64,000 bases of DNA from contig OZ243961.1 of assembly GCA_965214605.1 (NCBI GenBank), forward strand, positions 544,001 to 608,000, in the 5' to 3' direction. This document shows positions 1-10,465 of the stretch, piece by piece; position 1 is the stretch's first letter; each line of letters starts with the position of its first letter. The position numbers were made by a program, and so were the translations under genes. This stretch comes from an uncultured Candidatus Binatia bacterium (GTDB lineage: Bacteria > Desulfobacterota > Binatia > Bin18). Under the pieces are notes generated by a model. It searched no databases, was not told where the DNA came from, and saw nothing but the letters and a program-made list of their open reading frames with translations.

Positions 1-844
1 ACAATCGGATTCGACTCAATCTGCTGCGGCCTTTGCGTCGCAAAAGCCGAGTCAGAGCGGTTCATCGGCTCGGGCAGCTTGCGGGCGAGTCAGCGTGGAA
101 CTTTGTGACGGAGCCCCGAACAGCCCAGAGCACCTCTGGAGCGCCCCTCAAGGAAAGCTCGTGGACGACGTATCGGACCAAAGCCCGGGCCCACGCCAAA
201 CAGAGAGTCAGGAATACAGGCCAGCCCCAGCTTGATCGTTTCACCAGACAGAGTTCGGAAGACGCGGACAGGCCGCACATATGGTCGATTTGCCGCCGGA
301 CCTGCTAGGAGCGTCTGGCCGACGATAGCGCGCGGCGTTCCCGAGCAGCTGTTCTTGATGTTCGACAGCCGGAGGAGCCCGCCACTCTCGGGAAATATCG
401 GTCGCTCAGCTGGCCGTTCTGCCCCTACCTCCCATACACAGTCCAAAAAGCCAATCATACCCACGCTCCACCTACACATTTCTGCCCCTTGCTCCCAAGA
501 CTGTCCGCCTCGAATCCTAAGAGCCTCTCGACTCAGCACACCACACGCCCAGAGGCTATCAAAAAAGGGGGCGACTACGAGAGTAAAGACCATAACCGAC
601 ATAGCCTGTATGAAACGCATGTGGCACAATACGGGTATCGCTCTCGCAGAAAGGACGGCTGGCTGGACAAACGGCCCCCCTGTTTTTGGCCTTGGCGTTT
701 TCCGCCACCACCGTCAGCGAGGCACCCTTCCCTAGCATGCCGGGTCTGAACTACGCCCGAGGGTTGAGCACCCTGCGGGGCATTGTTCTGGGGTTGGCCG
801 GTCTGTGTTGAGGCATGTTGCTGAGCAGACGCCTGATGACGCAA

Positions 845-1040
845 TCCGGACACCCGTTCGGCAAGCGATCTATACCCGAGTATCTAGACGACTGCTATCA
901 ATCCGAAGGCATTCGCGTGCTGCTAAATTTTCCCTGCTCTTGTGTTTCTATCTGGCCGGAAAGCTGACATCTAGGCTGGTCGTCTTCGGCATTCTGCCGG
1001 GTTTGCCGCCGCTCTGGGCACTGGTATTGCCACGATCTAC
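845..1040 (+). pseudogene. Degenerate internal fragment of a sodium:solute symporter, paralogous to the gene at 2844-4421
   Basis: Nucleotide similarity to ~3141-3350 (tccggacacccgttcggcaagcgatctatacccgagtatct vs tccggacatcggttcggcaatcgttccatccccgaatacct; peptide FSLLLCFYLAG in both); frameshifted, no start or end of gene. Confidence 0.8.
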
Positions 1041-1206
1041 TATTCGTTTTCCTGGCTGTAGACCGTCAACGCTTCCGTGTAGCGAAAATCCAACATTTCG
1101 GTCGAAAAAATAGGCGTTGTTTCAATAGGTGACAGAATAGCAAGTTAAGGGCTGAACTTTTATCCATTTTCGGCTATCCTCCTTCTTAGTTGAAGGGGGA
1201 TAAGCC

Positions 1207-1613
1207 ATGAATTTGATTGAGGTTTTTCAGATGTTCCCCACACAAGAAGCCTACATTGCTCACTTAGAATCTATCCGTTGGGGTGACACTCCAGGCTGCC
1301 CCTTTTGCCACGGTGAAAAGGTCGCAAGAAAGGCAGAAAAGGGGCGTATCGGACGCTGGAACTGCCATAGCTGCCACAACAGCTACAACGTGCTCTCCGG
1401 GACCATCTTCGAGAAAACCCGTGTCCGCTCCAAAAATGGTTCCTGGTCATTGCCTTGACCCTCAACGCCAAGAAAAGCCTGAGCAGCTATCAACTGGCAC
1501 GGGACATTCAGACCACGCACCAAACCGCGCTGTACATGCAGCATCGTATTCGAGCGGCGATGGCGGACAATGACAGGGTGTTGCAAGGCATCATCGAAGC
1601 GGATGAGACCTAA
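1207..1613 (+). mobile_element. IS1595-family transposase remnant (frameshifted, truncated)
   Basis: N-terminal zinc ribbon (RWGDTPGCPFCH...WNCHSC...GTIFEKTR); after a frameshift near 1425 continues PLQKWFLVIAL...KSLSSYQLAR...HRIRAAM...GIIEADET then stop, i.e. ends at the first DDE aspartate motif. Confidence 0.85.
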
Positions 1614-1645
1614 AACCGAACAAGCCCAGACGCGGCACCAAGAAA

Positions 1646-2580
1646 ACCGCCGTTACCGCGATCACGCAGGTCTACCGCCTGCTGAAGCACGCCGGCGCCC
1701 GCCGCATCCTCTTTCTCGTCGATACCCGGAACCTGGGCGAGCAGGCCGAACAGGAGTTCATGGCCTTCATCCCCAACGACGATAACCGCAAGTTCACGGA
1801 ACTCTACAACGTCCAGCGGCTCACGTCGCCGCCGACAGCCAGATCGTCATCTCCACCATCCAGCGCATGTACGCCACCCTGAAGGGCGAGGAACTGGCCG
1901 GGAGGAGGAACATCCCGAGGAACGGACATGGAGACACAAGGAGCCGCTTCCTGTCGTCTACAACCCCAACCTACCGCCGGAGAGTTTCGATGCGGTCGTC
2001 ATCGACGAGTGCCACCGGTCGATCTACAACTTCTGGCGCCAGGTGATCGAGTACTTCGACGCCTACCTGATCGGGCTCACCGCGACGCCGGACAACCGAA
2101 CCTACGGGTTCTTCCAGAAGAACGTCGTCAGCGAGTACAGCCACGAGCGGGCGGTCGCCGACAAGGTCAACGTCGGCAACGAGATCTACCTCATCAATAC
2201 CCGGATCACCCAGGGCGGCGAAACGCTGAGAACCGAGCAGCTTGTCGAGAAGCGCGAGCGTGAAACCCGTACCCGCCGCTGGGAAGTGCAGGACGAACAG
2301 GAGGAGTACACGGCTTCCCAGCTCGACCGCTCGGTCGTTAACCTCGACCAAATCCGGACCGTCGTCCGCACGTTCCGGGACAGGTGGCCGGAGATTTTTC
2401 CCGGGCGTGACGAACTGCCCAAGACCCTGGTCTTCGCCAAGACCGACAGCCACGCCGACGACATCGTTCAGACCGTCCGGCAGGAATTGGGCGAGGGCAA
2501 CGAGTTCTGCCGCAAGATCACCACTGCCGCCAAGAACCCGAAATCCTCCCTCGCGGCCTTTCGCAACGACCACTACTGGA
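1646..2580 (+). pseudogene. hsdR: Type I restriction enzyme R subunit internal fragment
   Basis: Across frameshifts: RILFLVDTRNLGEQAEQEF, STIQRMY, VVIDECHRSIY (DExH), LIGLTATP, KTLVFAKTDSHA; lacks N-terminus and helicase C-terminus; codon style more GC3-rich than flanks. Confidence 0.85.
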
Positions 2581-2843
2581 GTAGCGTCGGGACGAAAGGG
2601 GCGGGGGTGAGTTTCCGCCCCTCCGAATGCCTCAGAAACGCGAAGCAGAGTTTCCTGTCCCTCAAGACTCTTTCCTCAAGGCTCTAAGGAGACGCTGAGG
2701 GATTTCATGAACCAGAGGCGAGCCTGCGACCTACACCTTTTGCGACACCTGTGATACATCAAGCTGTCCGGCAGGACAGCTGCTCGTCACTACCACGGAT
2801 CAGAAAGGAATGTCGGCCAGGCAACAGGTCGGACTCCACACAC

Positions 2844-4421
2844 ATGACACTTATCGCTTGGTCATGGCTCTTCTTAGCCGTCTACATTGGCGGCATGTTG
2901 ACCATCGGCATTTTTGCCCAGCGGCGGGTCAAACATGCCGATGACTTTGCCACGGCGCGCAATTCATACGGGCCTTTGTTTCTGGCCCTCGCCTTTGCGG
3001 CCACGACCGCGAGCGGCGCAACCTTTATGGGCCTGCCGGGCCTGAGCTACGAGTGGGGATTCCCGACCATCTGGGGAGTGTTCCTGTATCCAACCGGCGT
3101 CTATTTGGGCGTGTTGATCGCCATGCGCTTGGTTACCGTCTCCGGACATCGGTTCGGCAATCGTTCCATCCCCGAATACCTCGGCGATCGCTACCAATCC
3201 GACGGCATTCGCGTGCTGGTCTCTGTATTTTCGCTGTTGTTGTGTTTTTATCTGGCCGGGCAACTCGTGTCCGGCCTGGTCATGTTTGAGATTCTGCTGG
3301 GCTTGTCCCCGGTCTGGGCCCTGGTCATTACCACGACAGTCTTGTTGATCTACGTCGTGCTGGGCGGAGCGCACGCCGACATCCTCACCGACGGGGTTCA
3401 GGGCTGCATGATGCTGCTTGTCGCTGCAGTGGTGATCACCTTGTTCCTGACCGGTTTCGGCTTGGGCACGGGCGAGACGGACCGCGGGAGCTTAGTGGGT
3501 CTGGTTGATAATCTGGGTGCCCAGGATGCCAGCTTAGTCGGCCTGTTCAACGTCGACACCCCTCTCTATCACTCCTGGTGGTCGGTTTTTGCCATCCTGA
3601 TCTCGCACATCCCGCTCGGTTTGCTCCCCCACCTAGGTAACAAGCTCTGGGCCTTAAAGAATACGCGGCACCAGAAATCGTTTGTCGGCCTCGCGTTTTC
3701 GTTTGGGCTGACGCTGAGCATGCTCGGCCTGGCCGGCCTGTTGGCACGCGCGCTGTTGGGCGACGCCCTGTATGCCGAAGGGGCAAACCCGAATCAGGCT
3801 CTGCCGCTGCTGTTCATTGAGCTGTTTCCGGTCTGGCTGGCAGCGCTTGTGGGCGTCGGCATCCTCGCCGCCATCATGTCCACTGCGGACGGGCTGGTTA
3901 TCTCCTCCTCCCAAATTATCGCCAACGATCTCTACCGCCGCACCGTGGTGCCTCGCCTGAAACGGCCGCCAAGCGCCGCCCAGCTCGATCACATAGTTCT
4001 CCACATCAGCCGGGTGTCAACCGTGGTCGTCCTACTGCTGTGTACGACCTTGGCCTGGGCTTTGATCGAGACCAACATCGCATTGATTATCTGGATTGGA
4101 AACGGAGGGCTGATGGCGGCATTTGCCGGCCCGTTGGTGGTCGGGGCGCTGTGGCGCGGCGTCACCCGGACAGGAGCCTACGCCGGCTTGGTCAGCGGTT
4201 TCATCACCTTTTTCATTCTGCACACCCAACTGCTTGATCCTACCTGGTTCCCGCCTGGCCCCCTGCGCATCAGCGTCACCTGGTTGTACGTCGAAGGTCC
4301 CAGCCCGTTTTCGTGCGCAGCACTCGGCGAACTCGTCTCGGTTGTGTGTACTCTCGCCGTCTCCAAAGCGACCCGGCCGCTGCCCGAAACACACGTTCGG
4401 GCGCTGTTTGAGAGGGGGTAG
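2844..4421 (+). CDS. Sodium:solute symporter family protein (PutP/PanF-like)
   Basis: Many TM helices; motifs SGATFMGLPG, SIPEYLGDRY, TDGVQG, AAIMSTADG; ATG at 2844 preferred over GTG 2751. Confidence 0.9.
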   Translation: MTLIAWSWLFLAVYIGGMLTIGIFAQRRVKHADDFATARNSYGPLFLALAFAATTASGATFMGLPGLSYEWGFPTIWGVFLYPTGVYLGVLIAMRLVTVSGHRFGNRSIPEYLGDRYQSDGIRVLVSVFSLLLCFYLAGQLVSGLVMFEILLGLSPVWALVITTTVLLIYVVLGGAHADILTDGVQGCMMLLVAAVVITLFLTGFGLGTGETDRGSLVGLVDNLGAQDASLVGLFNVDTPLYHSWWSVFAILISHIPLGLLPHLGNKLWALKNTRHQKSFVGLAFSFGLTLSMLGLAGLLARALLGDALYAEGANPNQALPLLFIELFPVWLAALVGVGILAAIMSTADGLVISSSQIIANDLYRRTVVPRLKRPPSAAQLDHIVLHISRVSTVVVLLLCTTLAWALIETNIALIIWIGNGGLMAAFAGPLVVGALWRGVTRTGAYAGLVSGFITFFILHTQLLDPTWFPPGPLRISVTWLYVEGPSPFSCAALGELVSVVCTLAVSKATRPLPETHVRALFERG

Positions 4422-4954
4422 ACCGAAGGTAGTGTGCCGCCTGCCTTATCGCTCTTTCGCAGAAGAAATACAGGGGAATCTTCTACAGATCGGCGCATCC
4501 TTGGCCCTCGGCGTCCATACCCCTGCACCGCTTTCGAAGGCGACGGTGGTATCGCCAAATCGAAATATCGTCCAGCTGTGGTCATGGGTCATAACGAAAG
4601 AGTTCAGCAGGTGTGACCTGTCCAGGAGCAATGAGGTGAGCTGGCCACAGCCAAGACTCCAGGCCGGGCACCACCCACTTTGGACCCCCTTGAGGGTGCA
4701 AGATCATGTTGGCTGATTCTGAGTTTTGCCAGATCTTGAAAAACATCTGGCAACTCCTCGGTGCCACGATACTGCGGCCGCGTTGAAGTAAGTGAGCAAG
4801 TCGCGCGAAGCGCTTCCCACTATCCGACGAGGACAAGCTGGGCTTGCAAAAATTTGACAGTCAAGCGTCCTGGAGGAAAATAAAAGACTCTGCTAGCATG
4901 CAGCCGAGAGCATGGGCAGCAGGCTGAGGTACGCTGGCACACAGGGGGACTACC

Positions 4955-5599
4955 ATGATTAAATTATACGGCACAGCGCTGAGCAATTATTTCAGTACGG
5001 CCAAAGTGGCTTTTGTGGAAAAAAACGTTCCGTTTGAGGAAATCTCGATTATGCCCAGTCAGGAGCCCGAGGTGCTGGCGGTTAGCCCGCTGGGGAAGGT
5101 GCCATATATTGAGGTCGATGGCGCGACTCTGAGCGAGACAAACGTTATCTTCGATTATCTTGAAGATATTCAGCCCCAACCTGCGCTATATCCCAGCGAC
5201 CCCTGGGCCAAGGCCAAGACCAAAGAAATCATACGCGTGGTGGAACTGTATCTTGATGCGCCGGCGCGGCGCCATCTGCCAAGCGTGTATTTGGGTGCGC
5301 CGGTCAATCAAACCGCCTATAACGAAGTCCGGCCGGACCTAGAGAAGGGCCTGCGGGCGCTCAAGCAGTTGGCGCGATTCGATCCCTATATCGCTGGTAA
5401 TACGTTTACCTTTGCCGATATTGCTACCTATTTTCAGCTGCGTTTTACCAATCTGCACACCACAAAAATCTATAGCTGGAACATCAGCGATGCGCTGCCC
5501 GGCCTTGGCGCATACCTAGACATGCTCGGCCAGCGCCCGTCGGTCAAGGCCGTGGACTCGGTCATGCAGAAAGCTCTGGCCGCCTTCCTGCCCGAGTAA
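4955..5599 (+). CDS. Glutathione S-transferase family protein
   Basis: SPLGKVPYIE, LSETNVIFDYLE, YIAGNTFTFADI motifs; GGGGA RBS. Confidence 0.92.
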   Translation: MIKLYGTALSNYFSTAKVAFVEKNVPFEEISIMPSQEPEVLAVSPLGKVPYIEVDGATLSETNVIFDYLEDIQPQPALYPSDPWAKAKTKEIIRVVELYLDAPARRHLPSVYLGAPVNQTAYNEVRPDLEKGLRALKQLARFDPYIAGNTFTFADIATYFQLRFTNLHTTKIYSWNISDALPGLGAYLDMLGQRPSVKAVDSVMQKALAAFLPE

Positions 5600-6069
5600 A
5601 GCCTGAAACATCTCCTGCGTTCTTTAAGAAACGCGCATTGAACCGGCTCTTCTTAGGTGGAGCGTAGAGGCGGTATGGATTGATACACGCCTCTTTCTCT
5701 TATGTGGCTAGCATGCGGCCAACTGAGGAATGGCGGCCTCTGCCACGGAGAAGAAAGGGGATCAACCGTACGCTCTACGCTTTCGACCCGTGCCACCCCG
5801 CAAGGGGCAATGGGCGAGCCCGAACCCCTCTAGTAAGGAACAAGTTTGACTGGATAGAAACTCGACCAAAATTCCCTCCAGATAGGCTTCTGTCCACGTC
5901 CCAACATCTGTAGGCATCGCAAGAATCACAGCCGTGCCCTATGACATTGGCTTCAAGGCGGCGGCCTGAATCGCTCCTTCAAATAAGGACGCCGAACCAA
6001 GACCCGACGCAATTGCCGTGGTCTAGCCGGCGCTGCGCGGACGGTAGACTGCCAGGCCGGCAATGCTGA

Positions 6070-6207
6070 GTCAGCGACGGTATCAACGGGAAACGACCGA
6101 TTGGTAGAGACCTCCCCCTCCGGCGAGGACGTTCCTTCGGCCCGCGCGCTACTAGCTTGAACCTCCAGAGCCGATACGACATGGATATGGTGGCAGATAT
6201 AATCGAG
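6070..6207 (+). pseudogene. higA: Eroded HigA-family antitoxin (HTH) remnant
   Basis: Unlisted frame reads VSDGINGKRPIGRDLPLRRGRSFGPRATSLNLQSRYDM, matching the HigA pattern INGKRxIxxxxALRLxRxFG...WLNLQxxYD; no intact start. Confidence 0.6.
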
Positions 6208-6311
6208 GCCGGGTCACCCGAGAGGGGCGGCCCTTCGGAAGGTCGCCTAGCCAAGACATGGCGCACTTGGTATGGTTTGGGGTGACACCGCATGCTTTAA
6301 GGAGGCTCGCC

Positions 6312-7559
6312 ATGAAGGTATCCATGTTTCACCTCATGCCCTACCGGGACCTGCCGGATGATTTTGAACAACGCTATCATTCCGTCTGGGTTGACCCGCC
6401 CTGGACCGAGCTGGGGGACGCCGAAAAAGTCGGCCAATACTACAACTGGACGCTGGATGAGCTCACTTATGCGGCAAAAGCCGGCATGGATGGAGTGTGT
6501 GTGAACGAGCATCATCAGAATGCCTACGGCTTTATGCCAAACCCCAACCTGATGGGCTCAATCCTGGCCCGAGCCACCAACGGGACGGACGTCGCGGTGG
6601 TGCAAATGGGCTCCACCCTGCCGACGACCAACCCACCCACCCGCGTGGCGGAGGAATACGGCATGCTGGATACCATCAGCGGCGGCCGCTTAGTGGCGGG
6701 CATGCCGCTGGGAACAGCCATGGACGCTACGCTGTGTGCGGGGATCACCCCGATTGAACAACGCGAGCGCTATTACGAAGCCCATGACCTGATCCTCAAG
6801 GCCTGGACCGCCCAAGACATCTTTGCCTGGAACGGCAAATACTATCAGCTGCCTATGGTCAACGTCTGGCCCCGGCCTATCCAGCAGCCCCATCCGCCTG
6901 TCTGGGTACCAGGACTAGGCAGTCTCAGCACCTGGGAATTTGCCGCCCAGCACAACCACTGCTACTGCTTTTTAAGCTATTACGGCCCCAAGGCCGGCAG
7001 AAGCGTAATGGACGGGTTTTGGCAGTTCATCAATGAACGCGGTATTGAACCAAATCCGTTCCGGGCTGGCTTTCTACAACTCGTGGCTGTAGCGGAAACT
7101 GACGCCAAAGCCGAAGAGCTCTATGAAAAACATATGCAGTACTTCTATAACAAATCTCTGCATATCCCGCCTGAATTCTTCTTCCCACCCGGCCACCAGG
7201 ATTACCGCAGTTTAGCAAACAATGTTCGCAAGGGCATCTTCAAGAGCTATTTTGATAAGCTCAATGACATTCCCAACTGGAAGTTCAGAGACTTTGTCGA
7301 TGAGGGCTTTGTGATGGCTGGCAGTCCCTCAACTGTCCGTGATCTCCTCACCGATGCCATTAAAAAACTGCGCGTCGGCAACCTGATGGTGTTGTTGCAC
7401 ATTGGCTCAATGCCACACGAACTGACCCTCAAGAACATTGACATGTTCACCCGCGAAGTCATGCCCTACATCCATGACACCTGGGACGACGAGTGGGAGA
7501 ATCATTGGTGGCCGGAGAAGCTGCGGGCCAAACGCCAGACCACGCTGGCTGCACTGTAA
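6312..7559 (+). CDS. LLM-class (luciferase-like) flavin-dependent oxidoreductase
   Basis: NEHHQ, PTRVAEEYGMLDTISGGRL, WPRPIQQPHPPVW; GGAGG RBS before ATG 6312. Confidence 0.92.
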   Translation: MKVSMFHLMPYRDLPDDFEQRYHSVWVDPPWTELGDAEKVGQYYNWTLDELTYAAKAGMDGVCVNEHHQNAYGFMPNPNLMGSILARATNGTDVAVVQMGSTLPTTNPPTRVAEEYGMLDTISGGRLVAGMPLGTAMDATLCAGITPIEQRERYYEAHDLILKAWTAQDIFAWNGKYYQLPMVNVWPRPIQQPHPPVWVPGLGSLSTWEFAAQHNHCYCFLSYYGPKAGRSVMDGFWQFINERGIEPNPFRAGFLQLVAVAETDAKAEELYEKHMQYFYNKSLHIPPEFFFPPGHQDYRSLANNVRKGIFKSYFDKLNDIPNWKFRDFVDEGFVMAGSPSTVRDLLTDAIKKLRVGNLMVLLHIGSMPHELTLKNIDMFTREVMPYIHDTWDDEWENHWWPEKLRAKRQTTLAAL

Positions 7560-7571
7560 GGAGGCGGATAC

Positions 7572-8369
7572 ATGGTAGCAGTTCAAGAACAAACCGTCAG
7601 CGTGTGGAAAAACCAGATCAATCCCAGAGTGCAGGTCGCCGGCAGCGGCCCACCGGTGGTATTCCTGCACGGCGCCTACGGGCTGACCTGGGACCCGTTT
7701 CTGGATGGTCTGGCCAAGAATTTTACGGTCTACGCGCCCGAGCATCCTGGTACGACCGAGGGCGATCCGGACGGTATTAAAGCGCTGGATAATTTGTGGG
7801 ATCTGGTACTGTATTACGATGAGCTGTTCGGGCAGCTTGGTCTGCAAAATCCCGCCATTATCGGTCATTCGTTCGGTGGGATGGTCGCGGCGGAGATCGC
7901 GGCGAATTATCCACAGCGGGTCGGCAAACTCGTGCTGGTGAGCCCGATTGGTCTGTGGCGGGACGATATCCCGGTAAAAAACTGGATGATCCTGCCGCTG
8001 GAAGAGGTCGTCAAAGCCGCGCTCTATGATCAGAGCGGCCCCCTCGCCCAGCAGATGCTGACCGTGCCAGAAGATGAACAGGCCGCCCAAGACGCCCAAA
8101 TTCGCCTGACCTGGGCACTGGCCTGCACCGGAAAATTCATCTGGCCAATCCCGGATAAGGGACTCAAGAAACGTATCCATCGGATTGTGTCACCGACCCT
8201 GATCGTATGGGGCAGCGAGGATAAGCTCGTGCCCCCCGTCTATGCGCAAGAGTTTGGGAGTCGGATTATCGACTCGCGAATCGAAATGATCGAGCAAGCG
8301 GCCCACATTCCCCAGCTGGAACAGCTCCAGCGGGTCTCGGCCCTGCTTCAGGATTTTCTTCAATCGTAA
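7572..8369 (+). CDS. Alpha/beta fold hydrolase
   Basis: FLHG oxyanion motif, GHSFGG nucleophile elbow, WGSED and AAH triad residues. Confidence 0.92.
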   Translation: MVAVQEQTVSVWKNQINPRVQVAGSGPPVVFLHGAYGLTWDPFLDGLAKNFTVYAPEHPGTTEGDPDGIKALDNLWDLVLYYDELFGQLGLQNPAIIGHSFGGMVAAEIAANYPQRVGKLVLVSPIGLWRDDIPVKNWMILPLEEVVKAALYDQSGPLAQQMLTVPEDEQAAQDAQIRLTWALACTGKFIWPIPDKGLKKRIHRIVSPTLIVWGSEDKLVPPVYAQEFGSRIIDSRIEMIEQAAHIPQLEQLQRVSALLQDFLQS

Positions 8370-8383
8370 CTCAGAGGAAGACC

Positions 8384-9625
8384 ATGGGACACGCTTTGGA
8401 CCAAATCCGTGTGCTGGACATGACCCACGTCCAGATGGGGCCTTCTGCGACCCAGATCCTGGCTTGGCTCGGCGCCGATGTCATCAAGGTCGAATTACCG
8501 GGCCGGGGTGATATCACCCGTCAGCAGCTCCGGGACCTCTCTGACGTCGACAGCCTGTATTTTACCATGCTCAACTGTAACAAGCGCAGCATCACTATCA
8601 ACACCAAGACCAACAAGGGTCAGACGATCTTTCGTAAACTCATTGAGGTCTGTGATGTGCTGGTGGAAAATTTTGCGCCCGGCGCTATGGACCGACAGGG
8701 CTTCAGTTGGGACGTCATCCAGCAAATCAATCCCCGCCTGATCTATGCCTCCGGCAAGGGGTTTGGCGCCGGTCCGTTCGTGGACTGCAAAGCGTATGAG
8801 CCCATCGCTCAGGCCATGGGGGGGGCCATGAGCACGACTGGCTGGGATGATGGCCCGCCGACGACGACCGGCGCCCAGATCGGAGATTCAGGGACCGGCA
8901 TTCACCTAGTTGCGGCTATTCTGGCAGCCCTCTTTCAGCGAGAGAAAACCGGCCGTGGTCAACGGGTCGAAGTTGCGATGCAGGACGCCGTGTTGAACCT
9001 GTGCCGAGTCAAGCTGCGCGACCAGCAGCGGCTGGCACACGGCCCTTTGAAGGAATATCCGCAATATCCTCACAGCACCTTCGGCGAGGCAGTGCCACGC
9101 TCCGGCAACGCGTCCGGTGGGGGTCATCCGGGCAAAGTGCTCAAATGTGAGCCCGGCGGTCCCAACGACTACATCTATGTAGTCATCCAGGCCCAGGTCT
9201 GGGAGCCGCTGATGAAACTCGTCGGACGCGCAGAGCTTATCGGCCATCCAGATTACGCCACCCCGGAGGCCCGCCTTCCACACCTTGAGGAGTGTTTCGA
9301 CATCGTCGAGAAATGGACGCGGACACACACCAAGTACGAAGCCATGAAACTCCTCAACGAAGTCAGCGTTCCCTGCGGCCCGGTTCTTGATATGAGAGAA
9401 TTGATAGAGGATGAGTCGCTTGCCGCACGGGACATGATGGTCGAGGTCGAACATCCTCAGCGCGGGAAATTCAAAACCGTCGGCTGCCCGCTGCAGCTCT
9501 CCGATTCACCGGTCGAGGTGAAGACCTCGCCACAACTTGGCGAGCATACCGAGGAAATCCTTAGGGAGTGTATCGGATACGGGGACAAGGACATCGAGGA
9601 GGCGCGGGCTGAAGACGCTATCTGA
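8384..9625 (+). CDS. frc: Formyl-CoA transferase (class III CoA transferase)
   Basis: [25 protein letters not shown] (catalytic Asp), [13 protein letters not shown], glycine loop [10 protein letters not shown]. Confidence 0.88.
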   Translation: MGHALDQIRVLDMTHVQMGPSATQILAWLGADVIKVELPGRGDITRQQLRDLSDVDSLYFTMLNCNKRSITINTKTNKGQTIFRKLIEVCDVLVENFAPGAMDRQGFSWDVIQQINPRLIYASGKGFGAGPFVDCKAYEPIAQAMGGAMSTTGWDDGPPTTTGAQIGDSGTGIHLVAAILAALFQREKTGRGQRVEVAMQDAVLNLCRVKLRDQQRLAHGPLKEYPQYPHSTFGEAVPRSGNASGGGHPGKVLKCEPGGPNDYIYVVIQAQVWEPLMKLVGRAELIGHPDYATPEARLPHLEECFDIVEKWTRTHTKYEAMKLLNEVSVPCGPVLDMRELIEDESLAARDMMVEVEHPQRGKFKTVGCPLQLSDSPVEVKTSPQLGEHTEEILRECIGYGDKDIEEARAEDAI

Positions 9626-9662
9626 AGCCGGGAGATTCCCGAATGGACGTCACAATCCATTT

Positions 9663-9980
9663 TTAAGACGCCCACGGTTCACCCAAACGGACAATCGCCG
9701 TCTGAGGTGAATACGGAGAAGAATAGAAGCCGATCCGGTAGCTTGACCCTGCCGCAATATCGGCCGGGGTCAATTCGACCCAGACCATATCTTGGGGGAC
9801 AAACGTATCTGTGTCGGGTGGGTCCGCGGTCGCATCAACGGCTGGGGGCTGCGTTGTGTGGAAGCGATGCACCCCAATGTCTAAGGGCCAGACGAGTGAC
9901 CCAAAAGGCCTCTCATATGCCGGCCGACCGCCTAATACCACCGGACGGTTTTCCCGCCGGACAAACCATACTTTTGCCAT
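9663..9980 (-). CDS. Hypothetical protein (105 aa)
   Basis: ATG at 9980 with AAGGA upstream; fills the gap between frc and rpmE; no recognisable motif. Confidence 0.55.
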   Translation of the reverse strand: MAKVWFVRRENRPVVLGGRPAYERPFGSLVWPLDIGVHRFHTTQPPAVDATADPPDTDTFVPQDMVWVELTPADIAAGSSYRIGFYSSPYSPQTAIVRLGEPWAS

Positions 9981-10082
9981 CCCGATTTTCCTTGCAGCGT
10001 CGCGCCTAAAGCCGTCCTTCAGTTGCCAGCTTCTAGGTAAGGTGATAATGGTGGCCGGACCGAGCAGACGGAGGTTGGTGTC

Positions 10083-10352
10083 ATGAAACAGAATACTCAT
10101 CCACAAGAATACAGACCGGTTGTTTTTCAGGACGCATCGGCACGATATGCCTTTCTGACCCGGTCGTGTGTGGAAACACACGATACCATCGAATGGGAAG
10201 ATGGCAAGAGCTATCCCCTATATAAACTCGATATATCTAGTGCTTCCCATCCTTTCTATACCGGGAAACAGCGTATCGTTGATACCGCCGGGCGGGTCGA
10301 ACGTTTCCGCCGCCGCTACGGGCTCAAGCATGAAGCCCAGGCCGAAGACTAG
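10083..10352 (+). CDS. rpmE2: 50S ribosomal protein L31, type B (zinc-free)
   Basis: [12 protein letters not shown]...[26 protein letters not shown]; no CxC/CxxC zinc ligands. Confidence 0.95.
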   Translation: MKQNTHPQEYRPVVFQDASARYAFLTRSCVETHDTIEWEDGKSYPLYKLDISSASHPFYTGKQRIVDTAGRVERFRRRYGLKHEAQAED

Positions 10353-10465
10353 CTCTCCCTCCGTACTCCTGCCCGACAATACACATAAGGGACCCCTCCT
10401 CCCATCACTTGTGTGTATTGCTCGTGTCCATCCTCCATCGGCCCACTAAAAACCGAGGCGTCGGT

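Noticed and set aside
1-840. Several overlapping 70-180 aa ORFs at window start
   Set aside because: No recognisable motifs, RBS or coherent codon bias; probably eroded or non-coding
4422-4954. Gap with inverted repeat ttgccagat/atctggcaa (~4726-4753) and palindrome ttgacagtcaa (4854-4864)
   Set aside because: No U tract or identifiable RNA family; single short palindrome cannot be assigned to a regulator
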